Shown one piece after another: positions 1 through 32,489 of a stretch of DNA of 64,000 nucleotides. The notes beneath the pieces were generated by a model. The model saw only the letters and a list, made by a program, of their open reading frames with translations, did not search any database and was not told where the DNA came from. The stretch is from Tubulanus polymorphus (taxonomy: Eukaryota > Animalia > Nemertea), in NCBI RefSeq assembly GCF_964204645.1, contig NC_134032.1, forward strand, positions 1,054,001 through 1,118,000, in the 5' to 3' direction. Position 1 is the first letter of the stretch. Every line of letters starts with the position of its first letter. A program made the translations under genes and the position numbers.

Positions 1-359
1 GCAGGGTTGGTCTCTCCCTCTCTTTAAATGGTGCCAAAGTGTTCGCAAGTCACTCCTGATTCTTTCTATGGCACAATACCGTTGTTTTTCGAAGTTCAAT
101 GGTAGACGTTTCTAAATTCATGTTTTTTAGCCGACAATTTGCATGTTTGAAAACTAATCGCGGCTGAAAGTTGTTGCTGTTGTAGTTAGCGTCATGTTTG
201 TCCATCCATACATCCTTTGAAGGGTCATTCGAGCTGTACCAAAATCCACAGCAACTGAACGAATGCTTTATTTCCTCCACGAACTTTTGTTACATCGCTC
301 TTTTGAATGTCGTCTGCTGGTGCACAACGATTCGTTTTTCGCTCATATTTTCGTGGCAT
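1..359 (-). pseudogene. Frameshifted N-terminus of a pogo/Tigger-type (CENP-B/Psq HTH) DNA transposase; runs off the window start
   Basis: Minus strand reads ttccag|ATG, then MPRKYERK..., and in shifted frames ...SIRSVAVDFGTARMTLQR... and ...NFQPRLVF. This resembles the MPRxYxRK / SIRxAAxxFGIPxxTLxR pattern of pogo-like transposases. An inverted pair GGGAGAGTTGGGACA (about 530) / GGCCAAACTCTCCC (about 808-820) lies upstream. Confidence 0.6.
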
Positions 360-1177
360 CTGGAAATTTGAAGAAAAAAAACATTTTAATAACGGACATT
401 TGGTATAATACGGTAGCTACAATGACAAATTTCAGAACATTTTTTTCGAAATAATCATAAGTTATTTTGGCCACTATAAAAACTGTTGATAGCAGCTAGT
501 CGATAGCCTAATAATCCAAAACAGTCGAAGGGAGAGTTGGGACACCGTGCGGGGAGGTTGGGCAATGGACCATCTAGTCCACCTTTGAGTTTGCCAACAC
601 TCACAAAACCCGCCACTTTTATCAATTCCAAAAATGTCTGACATTATTTCACCATAAGAATTTCAAAAAAGCTTTGATGAAAAAGACGACTTTTACACCT
701 TTCTCATTAGAACAAGTGGCGATATTTTACAGTTTTCCATTTTGCAATTAGAACTCGGTTTTTACTTTCTTCTGGACCTTATACTATCTTATCTCAACTC
801 TCTTCGTGGCCAAACTCTCCCAAGCCTCCTCTATGCCGAACTTAGTTCAACATGTTGTTTGAGTGAAACAGAGGTCAGATTCTAAATCCATAGATCCAGT
901 TGCACCGATTCACATATACATAACCAGTATTATGATGACTACATATGATTTGATATAATATATATGACAAAGACATTGATAATAATTTTTGCGCTACTAA
1001 CATTGTGTGACAAATTGACTCTAACTCGCCACGGACAACAGTGGTTGGTTACGGCTGAATTAGATAATCATTACAGGACAGAAGCTAATGAAAGCTAGCG
1101 GCAACATCCCTCGGGGGAGATGCGTCTATAGGGCACAATCTCGCTAACATTTGCGGCAATATTCGAGATCGTTGAAG

Positions 1178-2149
1178 ATGAACAGGACAGCCGGTCCCAT
1201 TGGACGACCGTACAGCTCTTACACGGTACTGCGCAGTATCGTCAACGCGCCGGTCAACGTCAGGCTGTCGTTGTTGATAATCGGCCCGGTCATCTATTCA
1301 ACCGCTGTTTTCGGCAACGTGGCCGCATTTCTAATCATGATCAGCGAGAAATTCCGACAACATTCGTACGCTAATTACCTGTCGACGTTAGCGGTCACCG
1401 ATCTGGGAACGGCTACATTCTTGTTACTGATGCCGGAGATAAACTATTTCCTGACCGAGTCAGCCGCCGGTGCCGGTATCAAGCACTGGTTCCTGTTGAG
1501 GAATCTGACGCAATGCGTCGTGTACGAATACTCCTATAACCTGATCGCGGGTATGAGCACGTGTCTAGTGGTTGCTATAGCGATTGAAAGGTTCATTGTT
1601 GTAACGTTCCCGTTCGCTGCTAAGACGCTGTGTACCCCGCGCTCAGCTCGTCTAGTCATTAGCGGCTTGTTTCTGTTCAACTCGCTGTTCTCTCTGTTCG
1701 CGTCTCTGATCATAAGATTCTCGCCCAGTCTCGGCTGCTATGATAGAACGCCCTACCTCAGCGCCATGCGCACTATTCTATCTATAGTTTTACGCACGGT
1801 GGTTACGTATATTCTGGTGTCCGTATTCAACGTGCTTATAGTCTATCGTTTGGTTAAGGGACGCGATTTCGGCCACGGTTCGTCGAAAAATGCGAAAACC
1901 AACCGCACCACGTTGATTCTGATGCTGGTGTGCGCGGTATTCTTGTTAACCCACCTCCCTAGTGCCGTCAACTCGATCATGTTCAGAATTGTCGGTAAAA
2001 AGAACATGCCCTCGTCGACGATATCCCGCATTCTTTTCCCGATGATCAGGAGCGTAAATTTTTCCTGTAATTTCTATATTTATCTGTTCGGTAAAGAGGT
2101 TCGCGAAACGTTCTGCGACGCGTTCCGGCGAACCGGGAAGAGAAAGTAA
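1178..2149 (+). CDS. Intronless rhodopsin-like (class A) GPCR, invertebrate peptide/FMRFamide-receptor-like group, about 323 aa
   Basis: Seven hydrophobic segments; TM1 GN, TM2 LAVTD, TM3 IAIERF (DRY variant), TM6 FLLTHLP, TM7 NFSCNFYIY (NPxxY variant); Cys at top of TM3 and in ECL2; sequon N-R-T after the ATG at 1178 (the track's TTG start at 1151 is less likely); AATAAA at about 2309. Confidence 0.9.
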   Translation: MNRTAGPIGRPYSSYTVLRSIVNAPVNVRLSLLIIGPVIYSTAVFGNVAAFLIMISEKFRQHSYANYLSTLAVTDLGTATFLLLMPEINYFLTESAAGAGIKHWFLLRNLTQCVVYEYSYNLIAGMSTCLVVAIAIERFIVVTFPFAAKTLCTPRSARLVISGLFLFNSLFSLFASLIIRFSPSLGCYDRTPYLSAMRTILSIVLRTVVTYILVSVFNVLIVYRLVKGRDFGHGSSKNAKTNRTTLILMLVCAVFLLTHLPSAVNSIMFRIVGKKNMPSSTISRILFPMIRSVNFSCNFYIYLFGKEVRETFCDAFRRTGKRK

Positions 2150-3059
2150 GAATATGCGACAAGATAAAGTTTTTCAACAAAAGAAGTCCTAGAAGGATCC
2201 GAACAAAAATATCTCGACAGGAAGGAAAAAACCTTCAATTCCGTTGATAGAATCGTTTGAATGACGTCACCGGCGGCACACGCCATTTGGACAAAACAAT
2301 ACACTCACAATAAATGCATTCATGTAGTTTATCATTGCTGGAAGTCTAATTCTGTTTAATCCTATAATTTCTTGTTGTTTCTCTGACACATGTAAATCTC
2401 TGTGAGTATGAATGAAATACAAACATACTTAGCAGAAATCAACTATTCATTTTTAATAAACTTTGGACTGATTTTAGGCTACCTTCGTCAGACGAGTCAT
2501 GAAAAAGCACTGATACTTCTCCACACAGTTCATACGGTACACAAACTGAAAATGGATTTACTCAGAAAATTATGATTTGAAATGTAGAGGGAATCTAAGA
2601 GCTGTACCTGGGTAAGCGGCCTTGCGTTGTGGATCCAAGACGTGTCTTGCAGTATGAGGTTGGTACGGTCTAATACGGTACAATACATTTCCCAGATTGT
2701 CTAAACCACAAAATCTATATTTTTTTAATCAAAAATCGGTGGACCAAAAATTAACTCGTACAATCCAAATCGCATTACAAATTGCGTTTATCGTAAAAGC
2801 TATCGATTGAATGCGAAACCTTTAGAAATCTGACCGACGCGTGTAAACGATTCCCTAACTCAATTAGGCGGTTATATTTCACTATTCAAAAGTTTAAAAT
2901 AACGGCCGCCCGTCTGCATTGTAATGCTATCAAGAAACATCGAATAAAAGTTTATTAAATCAAATTGTTGCATCAATGAAAATAATGCGGATGCCTCCGG
3001 TGGAAATAGTGGTCTGAATAGATTTCAACCGCTAACACCTCGCTGGCCCAAAAACAGCC

Positions 3060-3240
3060 CCGATCCTAGGTCGCTCGTAACCCTAACCCTACAGGAATCT
3101 AACCTGTGACCCCCACAGTATGCCAGTCGACCAGACTGACCACTAAACCTAACCCTAGCTCGTAACCCTAACCCTAGCACGGCTCGAACCTGCGACCGCC
3201 AGCATGCCAGCCTAGCACGCTAACCACTAGGCTACCGAAC
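3060..3240 (-). repeat. Two degenerate tRNA-like (SINE head) units interleaved with CCCTAA tracts
   Basis: Reverse complement shows an A-box TAGCCTAGTGGTTAG and B-box GGTTCGAGCC; AACCCTAACCCTA tracts; duplicated unit. Confidence 0.45.
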
Positions 3241-4744
3241 TTAGGTGATTGAATTCGTTTGTAAATATGACTTTCTTGTCAGCGTGGTGCGCAGTCAGGT
3301 GCGGTCGACACGTTCACCAATGGTACCTTCCCATATTCTTTAATTGCAAGACTTTTTATCAGGAATATTATAGGAAATCGTACAAATTCAAGTGATCTAT
3401 TATTAAGGGGTTTATTGCAGAATTTCTATATGAAATTCGAAGTTAAATATGAAGACTTTTGTGTATCCCTGAAGGGGCGTTGAATATAATGTGCACTTTC
3501 ATTGCGCCTGGAAGATAAGCCTTTTGCCAGACTACGAATGGATATATATCATTTTGACGTTAAAAGAGAATATTAATGGTGATGAGATTAGCTTACAATA
3601 TGGAGTTATGCATATTACTGATAGACCTACGTGTGGTGTAGTGTTAATCTGTATAGTGAAATATTATCGCGTAGGCGACGTCAGAATTCGCGATTCAACT
3701 AGACGTCATTTTTAACATCAAAATATCTAGCAGAATCAAAGCGCTTAACAATGATAGCAGAAAAACAAATTTCTAACGTTTATGGGGGGAAATTCCTATC
3801 TGCCGCTCTCTCAAACAACTTGCATGATGTTACCATTTTCATTCTGTAGGACTAGTAGGACCAGCGATTCCCACAGTACGTTAGTGACTTTAAATGGTTC
3901 CAACAACTAATGCGGTTTATCATTCTCAGTTGATAAGAATGAAGCGACGTATAAAGGAGTCCGTGGAGATCAACAAAAAACAACAACTTTCGGCTTTTTC
4001 CCGTTCCTATCGAAGCCCAGAATTGAAATGCGTTGCGTTGAAAATGACATCGATCATTATGAGACATGCCACGACCATGCAGCGTACGTGAATCGGTAGG
4101 CGCTGCAGGTTGACGAGAGATTAATAATATAGATTTATCACTCTGTAATCCGATACAGACTTTAAAATTCATGAATATTACAGGCATGGTTCTTAAATCA
4201 GTATTATATCACGTATTGTGAGATAGAGAATCAGGTAAGCACTGGGTTTATCTCTCCTGTTATAAGGGTAAGCGTTCGTTACATGTAAAATGAATCTAGT
4301 TTATACGACCATGTTACCACGAAGCCGATCTCATCAACCCAATTATGGATAATTTTTCCAATTCTCGTGGTCGGTCAGGCGTGCAGGAAAAACGGATCGG
4401 AAAAGCATGTGGAACAAGATGCTACGTTTCTAAGGAACAAACCAGCCGGAGACCATGCGGCATGACTCCATGTTCCCATTTCTAGCCAATAAACCAGTAG
4501 TGGAATGAACGCACCCTAGACTGTTGCAGCGCTAGATGAACCGCGGGTGTTTCTTCGCATGAAGCTATCTATTTGCGATGCGTCGTCTGCGGTTGTCTCG
4601 ACCCCACGAACAGTCCCTTCACTTAATAACCAGGCGATTGAATAATTGTAATCAATCTTCGGCTTTCGTCAACTACTTATTCAAACGACATTGTTTCAAC
4701 TATAAAATGTTGGCTAAAGTTTGTCGAATTTATATTGCAGAACG

Positions 4745-6121
4745 ATGCTGTCGCTAAGAGAGGATACAACACTGAGGATCATAGCTTTAGTTCTACTAAC
4801 GTCGTTAAGCTGGGTCGAGGTGAAGGTCACCGGTATCGAACTGGTAAATTCTATTCGGACGTTTTTTTCTCTAAATGTGTGATTGAAACGCATTAGCATA
4901 AAGCAAACAATTCCGATTTAACGATTTCTTAAACCAAATTTGTAAAAAGATTCAATAATTTAGGGTGCTTAAAAGTAATCTGCAAATCTTCTATTTCTCT
5001 TTCCTTTAAGACTGATGGCGATGTTCAGCACTCGCTTACGGAGAGGGCTTTGACTGCAGACGTTCAGGGTTTATTGGATGAATCACTCGGGCAAGGTAAG
5101 ACGAAAACAAGTAGGCGCGTAGGCCGTTTATTCGAACTGTAGGGAGAATGGACATTTGTCGAATTAGACCTGCAGGGGTATGGGGCACAATCGGGATTGT
5201 ACGGAAAAAGAGTGGGAGGTAGATCAGTGATGGTATCGATCAAGTAAAGTGGCCTGAAGGGGAATAACAAACGATTTACGCGTTATGAGGCCCGCATAAG
5301 TAATTTAGATGCGTCAAGATATTTGTCGGACATTTAAGCCCAACGCACACGGCACCGAAAAAAACGTTTTTCCTCGTGAAAAAACGTTTTCGATGTTTTT
5401 TGTTATGCCGTGTGCGGGGGGGGGGGGGGGCAAAAACAAAAACGCCGAACTGAAAAACGTTTTTCACGAGCAAAAAACGTTTTCTGAAAAACTTGTTTTC
5501 TGTTTCGGCGAAACAAATGTTTCGTCGCGTGCGTCGGGCTTAAGGCGTAATGGGGAATTGGGGTAGTGGTTGTGGCTTTAAGAAGAAAACAAAAAACACA
5601 ATACCAGAAAAAAACTGATAAAGAAATATAACGAGCTGATTTCACTTCGTCATTCTATTGCAGAAGCGATACACGCCCGATTGAAGCGAACCTTGACGAC
5701 TGCTTTCAAAGGCAAACATTTCATGACTACCGCTGAATTCAACGGCCTGGGAACCAAACAGAGCAACTGGGACCGAGAAATGACCTCGCGACTGGCGTTC
5801 TATCGCCGAGACCCGAAAATCGTTTCCATAATCGTCGAGAACAACGACGCTCGTCTGCAAACCGACACCGCCAACGCCGGAAACAAGGTCACCGGCGGAC
5901 AGGGCTCCCTCTACCGGACGAAAAATCAATACCACGTCTATGATATATCGGTCAGCGTTTCCATCAGCGGCGGAAGTCGCGTAGCTAAAGTCACTGGTAT
6001 CGTCGATCGCGGTGACGTCACTTTAATACTAGGCTATACTAAAAAGGACATGGCTATAACTATGCATTACGATCATATCGACGGCTCTAAAGCCAACAAA
6101 GTCATCACTTTACATCGTTAG
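4745..6121 (+). CDS. Secreted prepro-protein, 213 aa, 3 coding exons (4745-4843, 5011-5095, 5664-6121); mature domain possibly barnase/RNase Sa-like fold
   Basis: Both introns are GT..AG with pyrimidine tracts and compatible phases (0, 1). Product: MLSLREDTTLRIIALVLLTSLSWVEVKVTGIEL|TDGDVQHSLTERALTADVQGLLDESLGQ|EAIHARLKR-TLTTAFKGKHF...VITLHR*. Hydrophobic N-terminus, acidic pro-region and RxKR motif; AATAAA at 6182 and 6251. Confidence 0.8.
5345..5525. repeat. Palindrome-rich element (AAAAACGTTTTT units) in intron 2 of the secreted-protein gene, probable MITE relic
   Basis: GCACACGGCA...TGCCGTGTGC inverted pair and repeated AAAAACGTTTTT palindromes. Confidence 0.4.
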
Positions 6122-6142
6122 AATCAATCTACAAGCCAATCT

Positions 6143-6272
6143 TCAGTATTCCTGCAGATGACTATTATAGTCGAAACGTTGAATAAACTACACTAGCTCA
6201 AGGAATACAGTATTCCTGAAGATGACTATTAGGATATAGTGGAAACGTTGAATAAACTACACTAGCTCAAGG
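6143..6272 (+). repeat. About 65-bp tandem duplication in the 3' UTR that duplicates the poly(A) signal
   Basis: CAGTATTCCTG(C/A)AGATGACTATTA...GAAACGTTGAATAAACTACACTAGCTCAAGGA occurs twice. Confidence 0.8.
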
Positions 6273-6637
6273 AAACATTTCAGACTCTTTTTATTCTCGG
6301 TGTGCAGGGATTTTACCATATCTTTTACAACACGGACTCAGAGTTTTATCTTTCAAATTAGGGTTCCTTCGAATGGCCGAATTATAAAAAGCCCTTTTTG
6401 GAAATCCGTCGTAATTCATGAAGTATTTATTCGAATAAACTACTGGCTCTAGGAAATATTTTCGGACTTTGTCTTTCAATATCATTGCGGGATTCTCGTT
6501 ATTTCGTGGACCGATTTCTCTCTTACTTGTGATATCCACGATTTTAGAAAAACAATTTTAGAAAAAAATACTCCACGCCAGGCCTTTCCGCTTCCTTATC
6601 AGATCTTAAGAGATCTAAAGAGATTTATAGGACGTGT

Positions 6638-6715
6638 AAATAATGATAAGGCAATTGGAATATTCCTAGACTTGTCGAAAGCCTTTTACTCACTTGACAT
6701 TTGATATTTGATTAA
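6638..6715 (+). mobile_element. Short relic of a non-LTR (CR1/L2-type) reverse transcriptase
   Basis: Translates NNDKAIGIFLDLSKAFYSLDI*, matching the LINE RT motif GIFLDLSKAFD; followed by a stop. Confidence 0.6.
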
Positions 6716-6855
6716 ACAAACGTTACCGAATAATATTTTTTTTCGAACTTATCATTCGCGGCATTGCATAATTGGTTCAAGAGTTATTTTAAAAGACGGG
6801 AAGTGTAATAAGTTTCCAGAGTTCAAATATTCACCTTATAACATCGCACATCAAC

Positions 6856-9109
6856 ATGAGGGCTTGGTATATGGACTCAACCGATGTGGATCCCAGGGAA
6901 CCGCATATGACGAACCCTCCTGAATTCGTCGAGTTGGAACGCTTGAAGGAACTCGGACTTTTATATTGTAAAGTAAGCGTCCAGTTTGTACGCTGTATGC
7001 TTAAAAATGTCATGCTAATAATCGGCTTGAAATTGGCTAAATTTATTTTTATTAATCAAAAATGATTTTATGTTGACAAATCAACTTGAAATCGGCAAAC
7101 TTATCTCGAGGTGATAGCTTAGGTGTAACTGACCCGATCTTTAAAATATTTCGATCAAGTCAGACACCTTTTGTGTGTATCAATTTCACGATCGGATATT
7201 TTTCACAAACCCATCGTAAAGCTAAAACGAAGAGATAACCAATCATCAATTGTAAACGTCTTATGAATAAAGAAAATTTCCTTTTTTATCAGTTTAAACT
7301 CGGCTCGGTTTGCATTTTTTTTTTCATAACCTTCTCTTTCATAACTTTTTTTATGTAGTTGGACGGAGACAACTTCGAACCAGAGTTGAATGAAATTCGG
7401 GCTGATCGCGGCTACAGCTACGAAGACGAATTCGAAACTAGTCCCGAAAAAGATCCGAATTATGAAGAAAAGGTATTCGAACAAAGAAATTATACTCGTG
7501 ATGGCGTTTGTGGGCAGCACTTTTTATTCAAAACGTTTTCTGACTTTCTGTTTTGCGATGAAATAAAACGTTTTGCCGAATGCGTGCTGGGCTTAATGTC
7601 GTGTTACCGATAAAACGTAATTAGAAACGATTCAATCAATTCGGATCAAGTTTATTTTTAGAATAATTTTTATTTTTTTCCAGTTGAAATCATTTTTTAT
7701 CGAACACTTGCATTCGGCTGAAGAGATTCGTTACATCGTCGATGGAAGCGGATATTCCGACGTGCGTGACCGCGACGACCGCTGGATTCGCATGGAGATT
7801 ACCCGCGGCGATATGCTGATTCTACCGCCTGGAATCTATCACAGATTCACCCTTGACTTAAAGGTAAACATCGTAGCTAGTTCATGATTTTGTTAACGTT
7901 GAATTAGAAATCTGAGTTTTCACATTTTTTTTCTTTATACATGTATTGAAGTATATATGTAGTTTATTGACAAACTAGAGGAATGGCTACTTGTGAAGTC
8001 CAGGTCTAAAAACCTCTGGGTATATAGAATTAAGCTCAAGTAACTACGTAAGAAAACATCATAGGAACAGCGCGGTAGAAAACACGACGTGATCGCTGAT
8101 TGCCGATTCGTAATTTGTCTCATTATCTTAAGCGCACTTGGGGGTCATGTGATGCAATGCTCATCGCTGATTGGCTGCGACGTTAAGGTCGGTCGTAGAA
8201 AATAGAACGGCTTACGTTCAGTCAACGATCAACCCAGCCTAATCCGGTCTAAATTTGGCCCGTTCCAATTTCGATATTTTCCACATTTCGAAATAAAACA
8301 ACCAGGGATTCGTATAAATATCATTTAGATGATAATTTCGGGTTAAAATACCACTAGCAACTAGCTGGGTCCGTTCCAAATTTGGCCCGTTCCAATTTCA
8401 ATATTTTCCACATTTCGAAATTAAACAACCAGGGATTCGTGTAAATATCATTTAGATGATAATTTCGGGGTAAAATACCACTAGCAACTAGCTGGGTCCG
8501 TTCCAAATTTGGCCCGTTCCAATTTCAATATTTTCCACATTTCGAAATTAAACAACCAGGGATTCGTGTAAATATCATTTAGATGATAATTTCGGGGTAA
8601 AATACCACTAGCAACTAGCTGGGTCCGTTCCAAATTTGGCCCGTTCCAATTTCGATATTTTCCACATTTCGCAATAAAACAACCAGGGATTCGTATAAAT
8701 ATCATTTAGATGATAATTTCGGGGTAAAATACCACTAGCAACTAGCTGGGTCCGTTCCAAATTTGGCCCGTTCCAATTTCGATATTTTCCACATTTCGAA
8801 ATAAAACAACCAGGGATTCGTATAAATATCATTTAGATGATAATTTCGAGTTAAAATACCACTAGCAACTAGCTGGGTCCGTTCCAAATTTGGCCCGTTC
8901 CAGATCCATCTGTACCGGTCTAACTAGTGGTTGTAGTCGACTATATCATAAGTTAATGAATAATTAACAATCGATTTAATTATACTCTTAAATAGAATTA
9001 CATAAAGGCGCGGAGATTCTTCATCGGAGTGCCAGTTTGGACCTGTGTTTACCGCCCGGCCGACGACCACCCGTCTAGAAAACAGTACCTGGACAGAATT
9101 GCTTCATAG
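6856..9109 (+). CDS. ADI1: Acireductone dioxygenase (methionine salvage cupin), 174 aa, 4 exons (6856-6972, 7359-7472, 7684-7863, 8996-9109)
   Basis: MRAWYMD...[65 protein letters not shown]...PVWT; His-x-His, Glu and His metal ligands present; all introns phase 0, GT-AG. Confidence 0.95.
8251..8901. repeat. 127-bp minisatellite, about 5 near-identical copies, in ADI1 intron 3
   Basis: Unit AAATTTGGCCCGTTCCAATTTC...CTAGCTGGGTCCGTTCC; the two near-identical track ORFs (8481 and 8608) are offset by 127 bp. Confidence 0.95.
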
Positions 9110-9125
9110 TAACGGTCGCCTGTTA

Positions 9126-9345
9126 GGCTAAAAAAAATTGATACCTTGTTTCTCCGCTCTGCTGAGCTTAAATGTTGACCCGGCCGGCCGCCTATGTACC
9201 CTATACATTACTTTTTTTAAAATCGTGATCAATTTTACCATAACAGACCCGGCCGCTATAGAAATGAACTGTTTATAAATTTTATCATATTTTACAAAAA
9301 TGACCCGGCCGCTGCGGAGAAACAAGGTATCATTTTTGTTTAGCC
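9126..9345 (+). mobile_element. About 220-bp PIF/Harbinger (Tourist-like) MITE, copy 1, 16 nt after the ADI1 stop
   Basis: TIR GGCTAAA...TGATACCTTGTTTCTCCGC / GCGGAGAAACAAGGTATCA...TTAGCC; 3-bp TTA target duplication; near-identical copies elsewhere in the window; degenerate copy at about 9667-9830. Confidence 0.85.
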
Positions 9346-10122
9346 TTAAAATCGGAAGAACATGTAAGTATTTTGTATTGAGCTTTTGATAAAACGCTTA
9401 CAGCTTTGCTTGCGCCAGGCCTTATATATTCTAATTCAGCAAATTCATACAATTTCGCATTTCGCTATGAGAATTTCAGGTCGGTCCAGTGTTGGATTGC
9501 ATCATATGGTCACCGGAGACTTATTCTAAATGGTATGCACGATATTGATATTTCTACGATATTTGCAACGACGATATTTAGGGGCCTACGTGGACTGTGA
9601 AATAATGATATCTTGTTTCTCTTTTCGGCTGAGCTTAAAGGTTTACTATTGTCAAAATACTGATAAGGCTTAAAAATGATGTCCTGTTTCTCCGCTCTGC
9701 TGCGCTTAAAAGTTGACCCAGCCGCCTATCTACCCTGTACATTTCTTTTTTTTCAAATCGTGATCAAGTTAACAATAACGGAACCGGCCGCTATAGAAAT
9801 GAACTGATTACACATTTCATCGCAATTTACAAAATTGGTTTTCAATTAAAACCAAAATTTAAAATCAAAGCTTTCATATAATTGCTATATTCCGGTATGA
9901 AGTTCTTCAAATTATAGAGTCTTACTTCAGCATTTGAGGGTGGGTTATAGGTGTGACAGGGGTAGATCTATAACATTAGTTTCCAATCTATGCTTCAATA
10001 CCTCCAAGTTCGTTACAATGAGTTCCTACCGCTGTAAATTATTGAAAATGTTTTCGAAAAAATATGTCTTTTAAAATTCGTGTTTGTTTGTTTTAGGTTT
10101 CCGCGAAGTGCGGCCTCAACTT

Positions 10123-10152
10123 ATAGATAGATAGATAGATAGATAGATAGAT
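10123..10152. repeat. (GATA)n microsatellite
   Basis: Direct observation. Confidence 0.9.
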
Positions 10153-10988
10153 TTATTGCTCACAAAATTTACAAATTTGCGAAGAGCAAAAGCCAGTTAC
10201 AAGATACATTATACAAATTACAGACAATGAAAATTGACAGTACATACAATTCTACCACCACCCGCCGTGACCTGAGCGGAGAACATGATTTGATAATTAA
10301 TGATACAACGATATCATCCATATTTATAAAAAGTATCTACTATTATTGTTATCAAATCAATATTCTATATCTTATAAATATGAATGTATATCCATGAATG
10401 TTTATTCATGTATCGCAGATGAAGATATCCGTAGAAATGCGCACATGTATCAATCTTTTAGTTAGCTTTGGTCCAGAAAGCTACTTATCTTTCTCTGCCT
10501 CTTCATATATTGTGCTTGTTGAATAAATTGTAAATTCTATTGCGGTTGATTTGTTTATTTTCCTCTCTCTCTCTTCATCTCTGTTTATACATGTGTATAA
10601 TCTGTCGTATGATTCCCGTGTAATAAAGTTCAATTTGAACAAGCAAAACATTGTTGTTCGTTTGAGAAAAATTAAAGCTTTTGGTCATGACTTTGGTCAA
10701 AATCCTCATTCCATTTTCAGCCTTAGCCTTATCTGATCGAATATCAGAGATAAAGGTTTTATTTTCGCCGAATTTTAAGTAATACATTCCCGCATGCTGA
10801 TAAACAACCTTATCACACTGCTATACGAAACCAAGTCGAGTGAAGGCCTATCATACGTCCATTTGTGTCCGAGTCTCAGTCCACTGCTTTCGTTCGCTAT
10901 TTACGGTTCCCCGTGTTCGAACCTGTTCGTCGACGAGATCCTTGGGTCGAGATTTTGGTTTCAGTGTCTATTATTCCAAACTGAAACA

Positions 10989-31589
<20,601 letters not shown>

Positions 31590-32489
31590 AAGTCAAGTTC
31601 CCGAAAAAGTTAAAAAGACAAATTTCAGAAATGTCGAAAAGTCCTCACACTCGGATATTTTTTCGTGGGGTTACATTTTCGATGAAAAAAATGTCCACAT
31701 TCAGATCCATTTTGAGTGTGCTTTCATTCAGAGGTGACCTTTATTTGCAGGTGTTAAACTTTTGCGTTGTCTGACATGGAGAGTTTGTCTGCGCGAGTCT
31801 GTAAATCGTGGAATTGAATTCAAAAATAAAGTATCGTTGGAAACACCTTTTAGAAAAAAATAAAACTGAATTACTGACGGAAAAGTCTGATGTCGTCTCA
31901 CTGAAATGATGTATGTTGAATTGCAATAAAGATATTGCAGAAAAAAATAGTGTGTTTCAATATTGTTGAAAATTGCTTATCACAAATATTTTTAAAAGGT
32001 CGATTAAGTAGATACAACTCAATATTATGAATACTGTACTACTGTATTTTACTCATTTATTGCAGACGATCATTTACTGATATGCCTTCTCATGGGTTGT
32101 TAAATTGATGAGTGAAATATTTCAAACTGGTAAAAAAGAACTGGTTCATTCGAACTTTCTGTCTTCAAAACATGCCGAATTTATTAACCTTTGTCTCGTT
32201 TATTCTTGTTTTCCGTTTAAAACACCTCATAGTTTGAAAGTGTTCGAATGTAGTTATCCGGGAACCCAAACTTTTAGGTACCTGGTACGTGGCTTAATTT
32301 TTCGAAGGGTCCTAAACGTACGTTTATTGATTTCATCCGAGTCGGCTTTTAAAGAGCTTACCGATGAAAAGTAATTCACCAAGGTGTCCATGATTCCAAG
32401 CATCCTAACAATGCCGTGGTTAACCGTTTCACTATGCTATCTACAAATCTTAGAATATACCACTAAGGGCCAGTGTTTTTATATGTTAA

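Noticed and set aside
8481-8832. Twin 74-aa ORFs
   Set aside because: Arise from the 127-bp tandem repeat in ADI1 intron 3.
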